This document shows, piece after piece, positions 52,024 through 62,453 of a stretch of DNA of 64,000 bases (its first letter is position 1; each line of letters opens with the position of its first letter). Both the position numbers and the translations under genes were made by a program. The stretch is taken from the IMG/VR virus record IMGVR_UViG_3300031576_000002, positions 141,228 through 205,227 of that record. The stretch is one strand, 5' to 3'. The notes under the pieces were generated by a model, which saw only the letters and a program-made list of their open reading frames with translations, ran no database searches and had not been told where the DNA came from.

Positions 52024-52320
52024 TCATCGCTTCTCTCCATCCAGCACGACGGTACGGCCACGATTAGAACGAAGCCAGTTACGAATCGTGTGGGGATTCC
52101 ATCCGGTCTGCTGTGCAATCTGCTTTTGATTGAGACCTTGCTTGAGCAGTTTACGGAGCCGCTTCGCATCGATCACCTTGCGCCTGCCTCTCAGCGGAAC
52201 TTTGACGCCCAGTTCCTCCAAGCGTTCTCGCACTTCGTAGTTAGGAATGCCGGCGATTGTTGCGATCCTGAGAATCGACAATCCCCGCTTGCGCAGGTCG
52301 AGAAGTTCCGCATCATTCAT
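52024..52320 (-). CDS. Tandem HTH DNA-binding protein
   Basis: LRKRGLSILRIA...VRERL; GLNQKQIAQQTGWNPHTIRNWL. Confidence 0.75.
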   Translation of the reverse strand: MNDAELLDLRKRGLSILRIATIAGIPNYEVRERLEELGVKVPLRGRRKVIDAKRLRKLLKQGLNQKQIAQQTGWNPHTIRNWLRSNRGRTVVLDGEKR

Positions 52321-52552
52321 GTTCTGCTTTCCGTGCCGTCCCGCGTAGTTCAGGCCGATACCACAGGCCGTCTTCGCTAAGACCAACTTGCAAGTCCTCA
52401 CCACATTTCGAGCAAAACGTCTGCTGGCCTACAGTCCAAGAAGGTCCAACTCCTTGACACCGCTCTTCAGCAGTAAATCCAACTAGAAACACTCCTGCCC
52501 CGCACTGAGGACAAGTAAGCATTGCAACTTCTTCGGCATCGTCCACACTAGA

Positions 52553-52583
52553 ACTATACACCGGAGACTCCAAGATTCCACAC
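52553..52583 (-). promoter_or_regulatory. Phage promoter GTGTGGAA-N17-TATAGT, leaderless
   Basis: GTG 6 nt after the -10 box. Confidence 0.7.
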
Positions 52584-53845
52584 GGCCTCCCGGTTCATCG
52601 GCGGCCTTTGTTTGCTGCCACTTCTGCCATCAAAATGTCCGCGGCGATAATTCCGGTCATGGACGCAACGCTCAGCACTTGCATGGCGGCAGAGTTGACT
52701 CCTGCTCGGTGGCTCTCTGCTTTGAGCTTCTGCTCGAACTTGCTCAGACACTCGCTGGTGTTATTCAGTTGCTCGGACTTATCGAGCAGCGCATTCCCAG
52801 GCGACGCTTTCTTACTTGGCCTTTTCACCGTCTTCCTCCGCAGAGCACGTATGAAAATAGGAAGAGCTTGGATCGCCTTGCGCCGTGGTATCACGCAGGG
52901 CTCCGCACTTGGGACACGGCTGCCAAGCTCCGAGGCTGAGGGGGAGCGTGACAGGCTGAAAGTATCTATCGCGCTCGTCCAGCAACTTTGAAACTATGCC
53001 GGCGACACGCCTGGGCATATCTTCGTCTATGAGCATGTTAGGAATCACAGCTTTCGCAAGCTCAACCCAGGCCCCTCTGCGCTCTGCCTGCGGGTCGGGA
53101 TAGACGTACAATGGAAGGTTGGTAGGAATAGCCAAGGTGAAATTGACGAACATCGTGCATGCACATTTGAGCGTTCCGCCTCCTTGGCAGGCCGTGGAGG
53201 TTGCATGAGCAGAACGCGGATGCTGGCAGCTTGCACAAAGGTCTTCACTCGTCATCGTAATGTCCATGCTCTAAACCCCTTCCGTGTGAATAGAACCGTC
53301 CGCTTGAAACCGATGCTTCCTTCTACGATCGCCTACGCGGGACTCTGCCGCCGTCCAGTGCGCGGGACGAGGAAGTATGATCGTCTGCCGTGCTTCGTCC
53401 ACTCGGCATCGTGCAAACAGCTCCGCTAGCTCTGGCGTACTTGCTTCCGCGATAATCGTGTGGGGCTTCGACCAGGGCGTGGACTGGACAATGTAAGAAG
53501 TCCCGGCCTCGGACTCCTGCGCGTTCACACTCCACTTCTCTTCGCCACAGCCCTTGTTATTGCGAAGGTCGAGGGTGTAGCGATAGAGTCGAAAATCCTC
53601 GATCCGAACTGCATCCACCTGTACTTCCTGCCCGACTCCGCCCAACTTCTCGGCTAGCAGTGCAGCATCCTCTCGCCGGGAAAAGAAAACCTCGAAGTCA
53701 CTCGCCGTCCCTCCAACTCGAAATACGATGCTCCCTTTCTTCTCAACCGGTGCCATGGGCCTTCTCCTCTTCGCTCAGGACTTCCTGAACTCTGCGCAGC
53801 GCGGCCACAGTCCAGTACGCAAGCCCCTCCGCCGGGCGCAAGGCG

Positions 53846-54826
53846 TCAAGAACTTGCTGGCTGTACTTGGTCTCGTCCAGTCCATTCAGCAGTCGCGCCA
53901 GATTGTCGAATGTCAGTATCAACCGCAGCAGCGTCTCTTGGTCGATTTTCAACTCGTTGTTCAAGAGCCCCTCCTCCGACGACATACGATTTATCCACGA
54001 ACCCATCTTTGCCAGCTAGATGCGCGCTCCACCAGAATACTCCCGTAGCCCGCTGCTTGAAGTGCCCACGCCGCCAATGCTTGCGCGGACTGTCATGCGG
54101 TCGCCTGCTATCCGTATGGATGCTCTCCCGCAGGCTCGCGTCGAGGTGCAAAATGTGATAGCCGAGCAGCGGCGCCTTTCCCGCCTTGGCGCGCTTCTTC
54201 TGGACTTTCGGGGGGCACTCTCCCTTCTTCCAGGTCACTCCGCTTCGTAGGTTGACTAGCTTGAGAAAGCCCGCGGTCGAAGATGCGAACTCGCATAGAC
54301 ATACTTCCTGCAATTTCTGAAAAGGCATTTCCAGAACTTCGGTAGTGCCATTTTCATACACCATCAGCTTGCTTGCCGTCGAATTCGCGTCTGGAAGCCC
54401 AATCTCGAAGTCGCCATGTTCAGGACTGTAGTGAATCAGCACCACATCGCCGAGAAACCCTTTGGCTTGCTCGATCTCGACCCAAAAGAAAGATGCGACT
54501 GTTCCCGGCTCGATCTCGCGGAGCATCATGCAAGAGCGCCCAATCGGCTGCATCTCAGACTTCGCATCGATCTGCTTCCGCGTCTCGTCCAGGTGGTAGT
54601 CGCGCAGCGTTCCCAGGTCCACCCACACCTGCGGGTAGGGAAGTCTTGTGAGCGTGGGATCGGTTGGTACATTGAACGCCGCCCACACCAGCGTAGGATC
54701 CTCGGCTTTGAAAACAGGTACTGGCTTGTTCAGGCTGAAGTCTCTGTCCCAGACCAGGTTCCTGCCGTCCTTCACGGGAAGATCCTTTGCGCGCTTCAAG
54801 ACTGCGATCAGATCGTCTACGAACAT
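53846..54826 (-). CDS. Conserved phage protein with SPRxHxRRGH motif
   Basis: SPRKHWRRGHFK...FWW..H..G. Confidence 0.8.
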   Translation of the reverse strand: MFVDDLIAVLKRAKDLPVKDGRNLVWDRDFSLNKPVPVFKAEDPTLVWAAFNVPTDPTLTRLPYPQVWVDLGTLRDYHLDETRKQIDAKSEMQPIGRSCMMLREIEPGTVASFFWVEIEQAKGFLGDVVLIHYSPEHGDFEIGLPDANSTASKLMVYENGTTEVLEMPFQKLQEVCLCEFASSTAGFLKLVNLRSGVTWKKGECPPKVQKKRAKAGKAPLLGYHILHLDASLRESIHTDSRRPHDSPRKHWRRGHFKQRATGVFWWSAHLAGKDGFVDKSYVVGGGALEQRVENRPRDAAAVDTDIRQSGATAEWTGRDQVQPASS

Positions 54827-55089
54827 TACCTGCCCTTAAGACTGGAAACTTGATCCATCAAGTAGATTTGATCCTGCGCCAGGTTCTCAAAATTCTGATT
54901 CGTCTTGTCCAGCTCTTGCAGCAAGACTTTCGCGTTCCCTTGCTGCACGCTGATGATCTGCTCGGCCAACTTGGCCGGTCCGGCGTACTCCCGTAGAAGC
55001 TCGATCTCTTCCCTCTGCGTCTTGACTACGTGCAGCAGAAAGAGCACCAGGACCACCCCTAGGAATGTCGTCAGGCGTCGCACACGTAC

Positions 55090-55120
55090 ACTATACAACT
55101 GCTGCCTGGCGTTTACGCAC
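55090..55120 (-). promoter_or_regulatory. Phage promoter GTGCGTAA-N17-TATAGT, leaderless
   Basis: GTG (55083) 6 nt after the -10 box. Confidence 0.7.
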
Positions 55121-55551
55121 TCAGGAAGGCACGCACTCTGGAGCCGAGCTTCTTGCGGGAGCGGTCCAGAACGATCACGGCACCGACGAGCTGCCGGATG
55201 TCTCGCGGCGGATCTCCTACGAACGCAGAGTCAAAGTCTTCTCGCTTCTCAAACACGAATTCGCAGGCTCTCTTACGTGCCGAGGGTTTCAGCGCCGCCT
55301 GCAAGCCGTGCCGGGTCATCCTGAAAATCGGCCTACCCCTTCCTTCCGGTAGCTCGACTGGAGACTTCCCCACAATCATAGTCAGCGGAGCACGCTCAGG
55401 AGACCAGAGAACGAAATGGATGTAGCCTACGACAAGCTCTTTCGTAACCTTCACCCTGCACGTAGTACATGCTGACGGCTGGACCGGAATCCCTTTTGCT
55501 GGAACCTTTCCCGCATCGCGATCGGTGCGAATGATCGCGGCCTCGATCAGA

Positions 55552-55875
55552 TCATCCCGGCTCACGGACATGCTCCGTTACGCCCTCATGGTCGGGCGGA
55601 TTCCACTTGCGATCTCTGTTCTCCGCCATCTTTGCGGCTACGTGAGCAAGCAGATCAATAGCGCGCATTCCGGCTAGATCCGAGAGTCCCATGAGAAGTA
55701 TGAATATGTCCGCGACTTCGACACAGTAGGACGAATCATTAGCGGCGTAGGCTTTTCGGAACTCTTCCACCTCTCGAACTAGGTGCGCAACTTTTCCTTC
55801 TACCGTTCCGTTCGGGAACGTAGAGCGGCTCCAGGACGTAATGTCGCAGAACACTTCTTCAAATCGGTCGCGCAT
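55552..55875 (-). CDS. dATP/dGTP pyrophosphohydrolase (DUF550, MazG-like)
   Basis: WS..TFP...HL.REVEE...EVADIFILL...KM..N..RKW. Confidence 0.85.
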   Translation of the reverse strand: MRDRFEEVFCDITSWSRSTFPNGTVEGKVAHLVREVEEFRKAYAANDSSYCVEVADIFILLMGLSDLAGMRAIDLLAHVAAKMAENRDRKWNPPDHEGVTEHVREPG

Positions 55876-56486
55876 CGCTACCTACTATACCCTGCACACT
55901 TAGGCTTCTTGCACGCCTTCGCGTCTTGATCCGCCGTCGCGTTGGCGAGACAGATCCGCTCGATCTCGGCAGGCCGAGATGCTTCTAGCTTGCGCAAATG
56001 GCAAATGCCGTGCTTCTTGGAATACCAGAAGCACTCACGGGGGTAGACAGGCTGGCTAGCGGACAACGCGACCCTCTCGGCTCGCGCGCCAGGATAAACC
56101 GCCTCAGCTTAATCGTCAATCAAAGTGACGAATTATGCGGGCCAGACGCTCATGGATGCCTGGAACTCGCTCCCATTCGTCCGTCTGCGCGGCATCTTCT
56201 GCTGCCGCATCGGTGTCGATGTAGCGCTCCAGATCTTCCCCAAAGACTGCTCGCAGGTCTTCTGGATTGTCGAGCAGCTCGTTCAACTCGGACTGCGCTC
56301 TAGCCTCGATCAAGCTCTCGCCCAGTAGGTCGCCGGCAGCGTCTCGTACCATGCTGCGCATTTCCGGCTCCAGGTCTTCTCGCAGCCGGTCATAGTCGAG
56401 ATGCCTCGCCAGCCAAACAGGATCGAATGTCTCAGGCTGCTCGTGTAGATCGGCGGTGAGCTGCCTTACGAGTTCTCTGAATAGGG

Positions 56487-57011
56487 TCAAGGCGGATTCC
56501 GGCTGCTTTCACTTTGATCGTTGACGATATTGAGTGTACGCATCACCGTATCATCAAGGTGATAGAATGTTGCAGTTCTTGCGATTCGATCAATCTTGAA
56601 CCGGCCTTTTCCGGCGGCGAGCACTTCCTCGAAGAGTTGGCCCACGGTAATGTCTCCGCTGCCCGTGTCGGTGTTGGGCACGATCACATTCAGGAAGTCT
56701 GCCAGTACGATCGTAGACCCCCCTGCTGTCGAGGTCGCGGTTCCGATCGGGGTCTTGGTTGCGTCTCCATCCTCCTCAAAGCGTATCAGTAGAAGTCCTT
56801 CGGTATCGCTCGGGATGGCTACAGTTGCTTGATGAAGACCTGGAAAGTTTGGACTCTGCTCTGTCAAGGCGATTTCGTGATTCACAGTACGAGGCGGATT
56901 CGTAAATGCGAGAGCTACGTCGTCCCAGATCTGGCCGCTCTCGTTGAGCACCAGCGCGATGACAGGACTGCCAATCTGTGCAGGATCGGTGTATCGGATA
57001 AGAAGGGCCAT
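56487..57011 (-). CDS. Probable virion structural protein
   Basis: Beta-rich, T/D-rich; adjacent to fibre-like gene. Confidence 0.55.
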   Translation of the reverse strand: MALLIRYTDPAQIGSPVIALVLNESGQIWDDVALAFTNPPRTVNHEIALTEQSPNFPGLHQATVAIPSDTEGLLLIRFEEDGDATKTPIGTATSTAGGSTIVLADFLNVIVPNTDTGSGDITVGQLFEEVLAAGKGRFKIDRIARTATFYHLDDTVMRTLNIVNDQSESSRNPP

Positions 57012-57026
57012 GACTGGATCCTGTCG

Positions 57027-58562
57027 TTAGGTTTGAGTCCCCACCACTGTACCGCCTGTATCAGTTGCATCGGTCGGGGCCGTCGTGCCAATCCGCAAAG
57101 TACTGACACCGGCGCCTCCGGTGTCGTCCACCCAGAGGTAGTTGTCCTTGCCCGAAAGGGACTGGATTTTGAGATACGGCATCTTGCTAGTACCACTAGT
57201 TTGAGCAATCAACTCAGCAAAGGTGCGGACTGCCCCCGCACCCTTACCCCATCCAAGTGAAAGGCTATTGATGGCTTGGACAGAGAGTGGGCGGCCGTAG
57301 AGCGTACCCGGAGCAGACGCGGGATCAGATCCAATCCGCAGCGTGCCCACCGACTCATCAAGCAGAACTTGTCCACCCACAAGAATCTCAACATCGTCGA
57401 GCGCGGGCGAAGGCTTCTTGCCAAGATGCAGAGCGCCAGCAACTGTACCCGAACCACCTACCAGCCCAGCCCGCACAGATGCGGTAATCGCTTTGCCTGT
57501 TGTAGGTACCGTTCCCATGGTAGCGATGGGGCCGGCTGCTGACGAAGTGGACAAGAATAGTGACGGAAATCTGTCGTTTCCGCCGCCACCGATCGGAGAC
57601 CCGATCACCGTAAGCCATGGATCTCCTGCCCCGCCGGGAGGTGCCAACCACAGCAAAGGGTCTGGATACGTCGGAGCGGTATCCCAGTCAAATGGGCCGA
57701 AACCCTGCGTTGCGAGAATAAGACTGCCACCACTGCCTGCCAGGTTTATGTGCTGGGGGTCTGGCGCACCACCGAACGCATTTCCCAGCGAGATCACATT
57801 CGTATTTACGGGAAATGTACCGGAAGGGCTGAATAGAGGTTCATCTCCAAGTGCGGGTTGATGGATCACCAACCCTGCACCCGTATTGAAGCTAGCAATC
57901 CCCAAAAAGTGCTGAACCGCTGGGGGTACCGCCCCAGCACCGTGGAGCAGCAACCACGATGGCATGCCTACGCCGCCTGCCGACCCTACGGTATCGAAGA
58001 CCTCCAACAAATCACCACCGTTGAGATCCCCTCGAAACTGAGAGGGGGAACTTACCAGAATTGAAGGCCCAGACCCCGGACTTGGGGTGCCGCCAATCGA
58101 AGGGATGGTCGTACCGATCGGAACAAATCCAATGAAGGGCACGGGCAGAGCACCCGCCCCTCCCGCTGGATCACCCAGCAGGACAAGACCGACGCCATCT
58201 ACAGTCGGATCTCGCAGCGCAATCGTGCCCGCAGTCGGGTGAACGATCTGGCCGGTTTTGGCAGCGGAGTTGACGTTCCAAATAATGTCGCCGTCCGCAT
58301 TCGCGAGGATGTCGCTGACGGTCGAAAGATTCAGATCACCGACAGGCTCAATCGTGATCGAGCCTGAACTCGTCAGGTGGATAGACGTGTTTCCAACGAT
58401 CTCCAGCGCACCATCAGAGGCAATCAGCTCGCCCGACAGTTCGAGCGTAGCTCCGCCAGTATCAACGAGCCGAACAGGTCCGTCGATCAGCGGAATCGTA
58501 CGTCCGACCCGATAGGCTCGGGCCAGTGAAGGAGTAAGGGGAGTGCCACCTACGGATGCCAT
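57027..58562 (-). CDS. Gly/Pro/Thr-rich fibre-like structural protein
   Basis: 511 aa; C-terminus YLWVDDTG..LRI.TTAPT...GTVVGTQT of phage fibre/baseplate type. Confidence 0.6.
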   Translation of the reverse strand: MASVGGTPLTPSLARAYRVGRTIPLIDGPVRLVDTGGATLELSGELIASDGALEIVGNTSIHLTSSGSITIEPVGDLNLSTVSDILANADGDIIWNVNSAAKTGQIVHPTAGTIALRDPTVDGVGLVLLGDPAGGAGALPVPFIGFVPIGTTIPSIGGTPSPGSGPSILVSSPSQFRGDLNGGDLLEVFDTVGSAGGVGMPSWLLLHGAGAVPPAVQHFLGIASFNTGAGLVIHQPALGDEPLFSPSGTFPVNTNVISLGNAFGGAPDPQHINLAGSGGSLILATQGFGPFDWDTAPTYPDPLLWLAPPGGAGDPWLTVIGSPIGGGGNDRFPSLFLSTSSAAGPIATMGTVPTTGKAITASVRAGLVGGSGTVAGALHLGKKPSPALDDVEILVGGQVLLDESVGTLRIGSDPASAPGTLYGRPLSVQAINSLSLGWGKGAGAVRTFAELIAQTSGTSKMPYLKIQSLSGKDNYLWVDDTGGAGVSTLRIGTTAPTDATDTGGTVVGTQT

Positions 58563-58611
58563 AAGTCCACTATCCCGTAAATACGCCGAGTTCTGTTAAG
58601 CTCTCGTACGC

Positions 58612-58785
58612 CTAGTTCTCCTGCCTTCGATACTCCCGCTCGATCTCTCGCGACCGCTCCCACGCTCTTGCAGAACCGACCGCTAGCGCCAATGCCGCGA
58701 CTCTTAGGATCTCGGAAACGACCCCGCAGATAGCACCCGCAAGTCCGAGAACCCATGCAAAAGCAAGAAGCGCCAGTCTTTCCAC
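58612..58785 (-). CDS. 57-aa membrane protein
   Basis: Manual read MERLALLAFAWVLGLAGAICGVVSEILRVAALALAVG...RRQEN. Confidence 0.5.
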   Translation of the reverse strand: MERLALLAFAWVLGLAGAICGVVSEILRVAALALAVGSARAWERSREIEREYRRQEN

Positions 58786-59506
58786 GCACTCAGCTTATCC
58801 GAGGGCGGGGACGCCGCTTTAGGTCATAGTCGGGCGGATGTTGCTCAGGTCTTCCCGCGACGAGAGCGTGGCGCCCACCGATCGAATCGGTGACAGCTCG
58901 GTCGTCACCCGCATCTTGAAACGGTTCAAGATGTTGGGGCTCTTCTGAAGGTTCTCGATCAACTTCTCGGACAGTGCCGTACGGATCTCTTCGGCTGTGC
59001 CGAAGTCCCACTTCTGCGCGAAAAGGATGCGCTCCAGCGCCGCACGCAGATCCGCTTCGACGTTGTCGGGAAGACTGATGACCCGGTGCAGAATCTGGGC
59101 TTTCTGGAGCCGCGCGGCAAGGTACGCATAGAGCGTAGTCTTGATCGCCTCGTAGCCCTTCTCCTTGAGCGTCCGGTCAAAGAATTCCGGCGTGGGTGGG
59201 ACGAACTCCAGCTTTCCATTTGCCCTTACGCAGATCAACATTCGCCAGCCTCCATTCCGGTAATAAACCCCTGCATCAGCTTCTCTATCACGCCTAGACT
59301 CTCGTGCAGAGATTCGTCCAGTTCATCCAGATCTTCCGGTGTACACGCGCCCCGTCGAATACCATAGCCTCGAATGAGTTGTGCGACAAGTTTGAGGAGT
59401 GCGTAGTCATCTACTACGGACAAGCCGTCTTCCGCTAGAACGCTGATGATGCGTTCTGCGGCAACCGCCATCTGATTGGTCGTCGGATCTGCCATGACCC
59501 TTAGTA

Positions 59507-60067
59507 TTATACACGCGCCCCGCGTGTAGCTTTCGCTTTCGTGGCCTGCTTGACCGCCTCTACTGCATAATAGCTCGGTCGGGTAGGATCTCCTGCTGGA
59601 GCGCCCCACCCCTCCATCGGTGTAATCTGAATAACGGTAAGGCCCGCTTGTTCGGTCATAACTCGGGCACCTGCGTCGGTAAAGCGAAAGTAATCTTCTG
59701 GATCCCGATGGACAGGCTGGCAGAACGCTGCATGCCAGAGCAGTTGACCTTGGGGCCTCAACACTCTCGCGAATTCCTGTAGAGCCTGCCATGGAGCGTA
59801 GACATGTTCGAGAAGTGCTAGGGCAAGGACACGGTCGAAGCTCTGCTCTCGGAACGGTAGGTAGACACAATCTGCTCTGACGCTCGAAGACTCCTCTCGC
59901 TTTTCTGTATGGAAGTCAGCACATATATGCCGCGCCTTCTGAGATGAGATCTCTTCTGTCTTTGGATAACGGCCAGAGCCTACTTCCAAGACTCGGGCGC
60001 CTTCAGGGATCGCCAAGATCCAGTTGACAAAGACCTTATCGCTGTGACGGTCTGCCCAGATAGGCAA
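59507..60067 (-). CDS. Class I SAM-dependent methyltransferase (Methyltransf_11-like)
   Basis: VLEVGSG, LPFREQSFD, LLEHV..P, RVLRPQG, DYFRFT. Confidence 0.88.
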   Translation of the reverse strand: MPIWADRHSDKVFVNWILAIPEGARVLEVGSGRYPKTEEISSQKARHICADFHTEKREESSSVRADCVYLPFREQSFDRVLALALLEHVYAPWQALQEFARVLRPQGQLLWHAAFCQPVHRDPEDYFRFTDAGARVMTEQAGLTVIQITPMEGWGAPAGDPTRPSYYAVEAVKQATKAKATRGARV

Positions 60068-60118
60068 GGTTACGCTACCTAGTTGTGCTGCTACAACTAG
60101 GCAGGGTAATCCTGCCTA

Positions 60119-60526
60119 TCAGAGCCTCGGATCCGTCACGGTGTAGGCTGCTACCAGATCCTTGAGAAGGATCAGGTTTACATGCGCGGGAATCCGCAGC
60201 AACCACTCCGCACCAGCCTTCTGTATTTGCAGTCGGATTGTGAGTGCATCCCCGTTTGTACTTTTCAGAATTCTTAGTTGATTGATCGGGTTCGAGCTGA
60301 TCTCACCCTCTTGGTCAGTCTTCACCATAACAGTATCGATCGCTACGAGATCGTGAACATTGAAGTGCGGCGGCTTGTACACTGTTACCGTTACTTCTAC
60401 TTCTGGAACGGGGTATCCAGTGAGATCGCGGACGTTCCCCTTGATCGTGATGAACCGATCAAAGGGAAGATGAAATCCCTGGCTGACGTAGAAACCTTCC
60501 GTGTACAACGAAAGGGCGGTGAGCAC
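60119..60526 (-). CDS. Probable structural protein (beta-sandwich-like)
   Basis: IKGNVRDLTG.PV...VKTDQEG. Confidence 0.5.
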   Translation of the reverse strand: MLTALSLYTEGFYVSQGFHLPFDRFITIKGNVRDLTGYPVPEVEVTVTVYKPPHFNVHDLVAIDTVMVKTDQEGEISSNPINQLRILKSTNGDALTIRLQIQKAGAEWLLRIPAHVNLILLKDLVAAYTVTDPRL

Positions 60527-60806
60527 TAGGGCGCCCCGACCGACACCGTAGTCTGCGTTTGCCGCATTTCCTCGACGCCAGGTGGCGGAGTCTTCGCGGC
60601 CTGAGTTGCTGCATTCATCTGATCCACGATACTGCGCGCCATCGTGCTCGCCTCTGAATTGCTGAGCCCTGAGATGTAGATCGTGTAGCGGCCCCGCGAA
60701 TCCCGGATCTTGAAGTAGAAGGCGGGCAGCGCTTCATTCGGCCGAATGGGCAGCGCGCTGTACGTCTGCGCCAATTTACGAATTGCGGCTTGAAGCAAAC
60801 GCACGG

Positions 60807-61937
60807 TCACTCCGTCACGGGCTCGATGCGCACGCGGCTGGGGAAGGATTCGATCTGTCCGAGCAGATTCTTGACGAAGATTTCCTTCTCGGAGTCCAGC
60901 TCTCCCGCGTCGAGAATCTTCTCCAGCCCCTCAACCAGAAGGTCGATTTCCGCAAATCCCATCTCCACTGGAACAGCTTCCTCTCCATCTTCTACGAACT
61001 CGCCCTCTTCAGGAGCCTCATCGACCATCGTATCGAGAAAGCTCTCCTCGGCACCCGGAGCCTCGTCAAGCCACTCGGCAGCTTCCTCCTCATCGAGAAT
61101 GGAATCCACGATGCCCTCGTCTTCCATCTCTAGCGGCTCTTCCTCCGCTTCCTCTTCGGACTCGTCCTTCTCTTCGGCCTCTTCCTCCTCGGGCTCCTCT
61201 TCCTCCTCGTCCTCATCTTCGTCCTTGGCGGCTGCAAGACGATCGAGGAGAGCTGCCTGAGTGGGATACTTCTTCTTGACGGGCTCGGTCTTGACCCGCG
61301 TCTGCGGATCCAGCTCGACTTCGTAGCGCTCCTTGTCTGTGCCTTCGTCCTTCACGTCAGTCACCTTGACCTTCTCACCAGGCTCGACATGATCGGCGCT
61401 TCGGATCAGCTCGTCCAAGATTCCCATGGCCCTCCCCCTTCTACCGCTCGCACTCGATGTCAAATTGCTGTAGTCCATGCCGCAGTCACGGCAGCGGTAG
61501 TGGACACGTTTGCCCAGCGTTCCCATCGGAGCATTCTCGGCGCCGCAGGTCGGGCACGCAGCTATGTCTTCTACCGCCTGATCGGCAAAATCGACGTCAT
61601 GTTCTGGACAAGAACCAGGCGTGTCGCATTCACCCTCTTCGTGTGCAGCAACGCGATTGCGCCTGCTTTCATTTCTGCCGGAAATCATTTCTCGGAGCAG
61701 CTTCACAACCTGACTTCCGTCTTTTTCTTCCACATCTGCCCAAAAGTCTTTCACATCTTTTGTCACTTGTGCCTGAGTATACTGACTGCCCATCTCATTA
61801 TGCTCGCGCTTCATGTCGTCCCACTCGTTAAGCCATGCCCTAGCATTCGCTTCGTCGTCTGACACTTCCTGCGAAACTTCCTCGCCTTCAGGCTCATCTT
61901 CCAAAGCTGCGCGCTGGATGCTGTCAAGTAACGACAC
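60807..61937 (-). CDS. Very acidic multi-segment protein with zinc ribbon (scaffold/inner-head-like)
   Basis: CPTCG...CRDCG; E/D tracts; GAGGT SD. Confidence 0.7.
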   Translation of the reverse strand: MSLLDSIQRAALEDEPEGEEVSQEVSDDEANARAWLNEWDDMKREHNEMGSQYTQAQVTKDVKDFWADVEEKDGSQVVKLLREMISGRNESRRNRVAAHEEGECDTPGSCPEHDVDFADQAVEDIAACPTCGAENAPMGTLGKRVHYRCRDCGMDYSNLTSSASGRRGRAMGILDELIRSADHVEPGEKVKVTDVKDEGTDKERYEVELDPQTRVKTEPVKKKYPTQAALLDRLAAAKDEDEDEEEEEPEEEEAEEKDESEEEAEEEPLEMEDEGIVDSILDEEEAAEWLDEAPGAEESFLDTMVDEAPEEGEFVEDGEEAVPVEMGFAEIDLLVEGLEKILDAGELDSEKEIFVKNLLGQIESFPSRVRIEPVTE

Positions 61938-61946
61938 GGCTACCTC

Positions 61947-62453
61947 CTAAATGTCCACGATCGTAGTCGTGACCGATGCTACGTCACCTGAGAACGCACG
62001 GTAGCTGAATTCCATCCGAAGTGCTTTCGCGTGCGGAAGCGGCCAGTCGATCCGGTCAATCATTCCTGCCTTCACATTTCTGCTAGGAATATCCACCGAA
62101 GCAAAGGCGGTCTCGAAAGCCCGCGTTTTCTCCCACTCGTCTACGAAGCCGCCGCGGTAGAAAAGGCCGTACTCTTCCACAATGTTCAACGAAGACGGAA
62201 TCACGTAGGCACGCCAGAGCAGAAGTCGGTCGGTCAAGTCCGGCGTCAGCAGCGTATCGAGGTCTGCCGCCGTGAACGTATGCGTGTAGATCCCGGGCGC
62301 CTGTGTGAGATCGGTCATTACAATGTTGCTGGTAATGACCGTATCCGTCAGGGGGTCGATCAAGTCGAGGCGCACGTCCAGCGCGGCGTCGAACTCCGTT
62401 ACGATTGTAACGGACTCGATCGCTTTGTAGATCGCGCGGGGAGAAGCGATCAA
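61947..62453 (-). CDS. Probable structural protein
   Basis: GGAG SD, TTGA overlap, PGIY beta motif. Confidence 0.6.
   Translation of the reverse strand: MIASPRAIYKAIESVTIVTEFDAALDVRLDLIDPLTDTVITSNIVMTDLTQAPGIYTHTFTAADLDTLLTPDLTDRLLLWRAYVIPSSLNIVEEYGLFYRGGFVDEWEKTRAFETAFASVDIPSRNVKAGMIDRIDWPLPHAKALRMEFSYRAFSGDVASVTTTIVDI

Noticed and set aside
58550-58789. 79-aa Cys/Arg-rich ORF
   Set aside because: Alternative frame 58612-58785 gives a more plausible membrane protein
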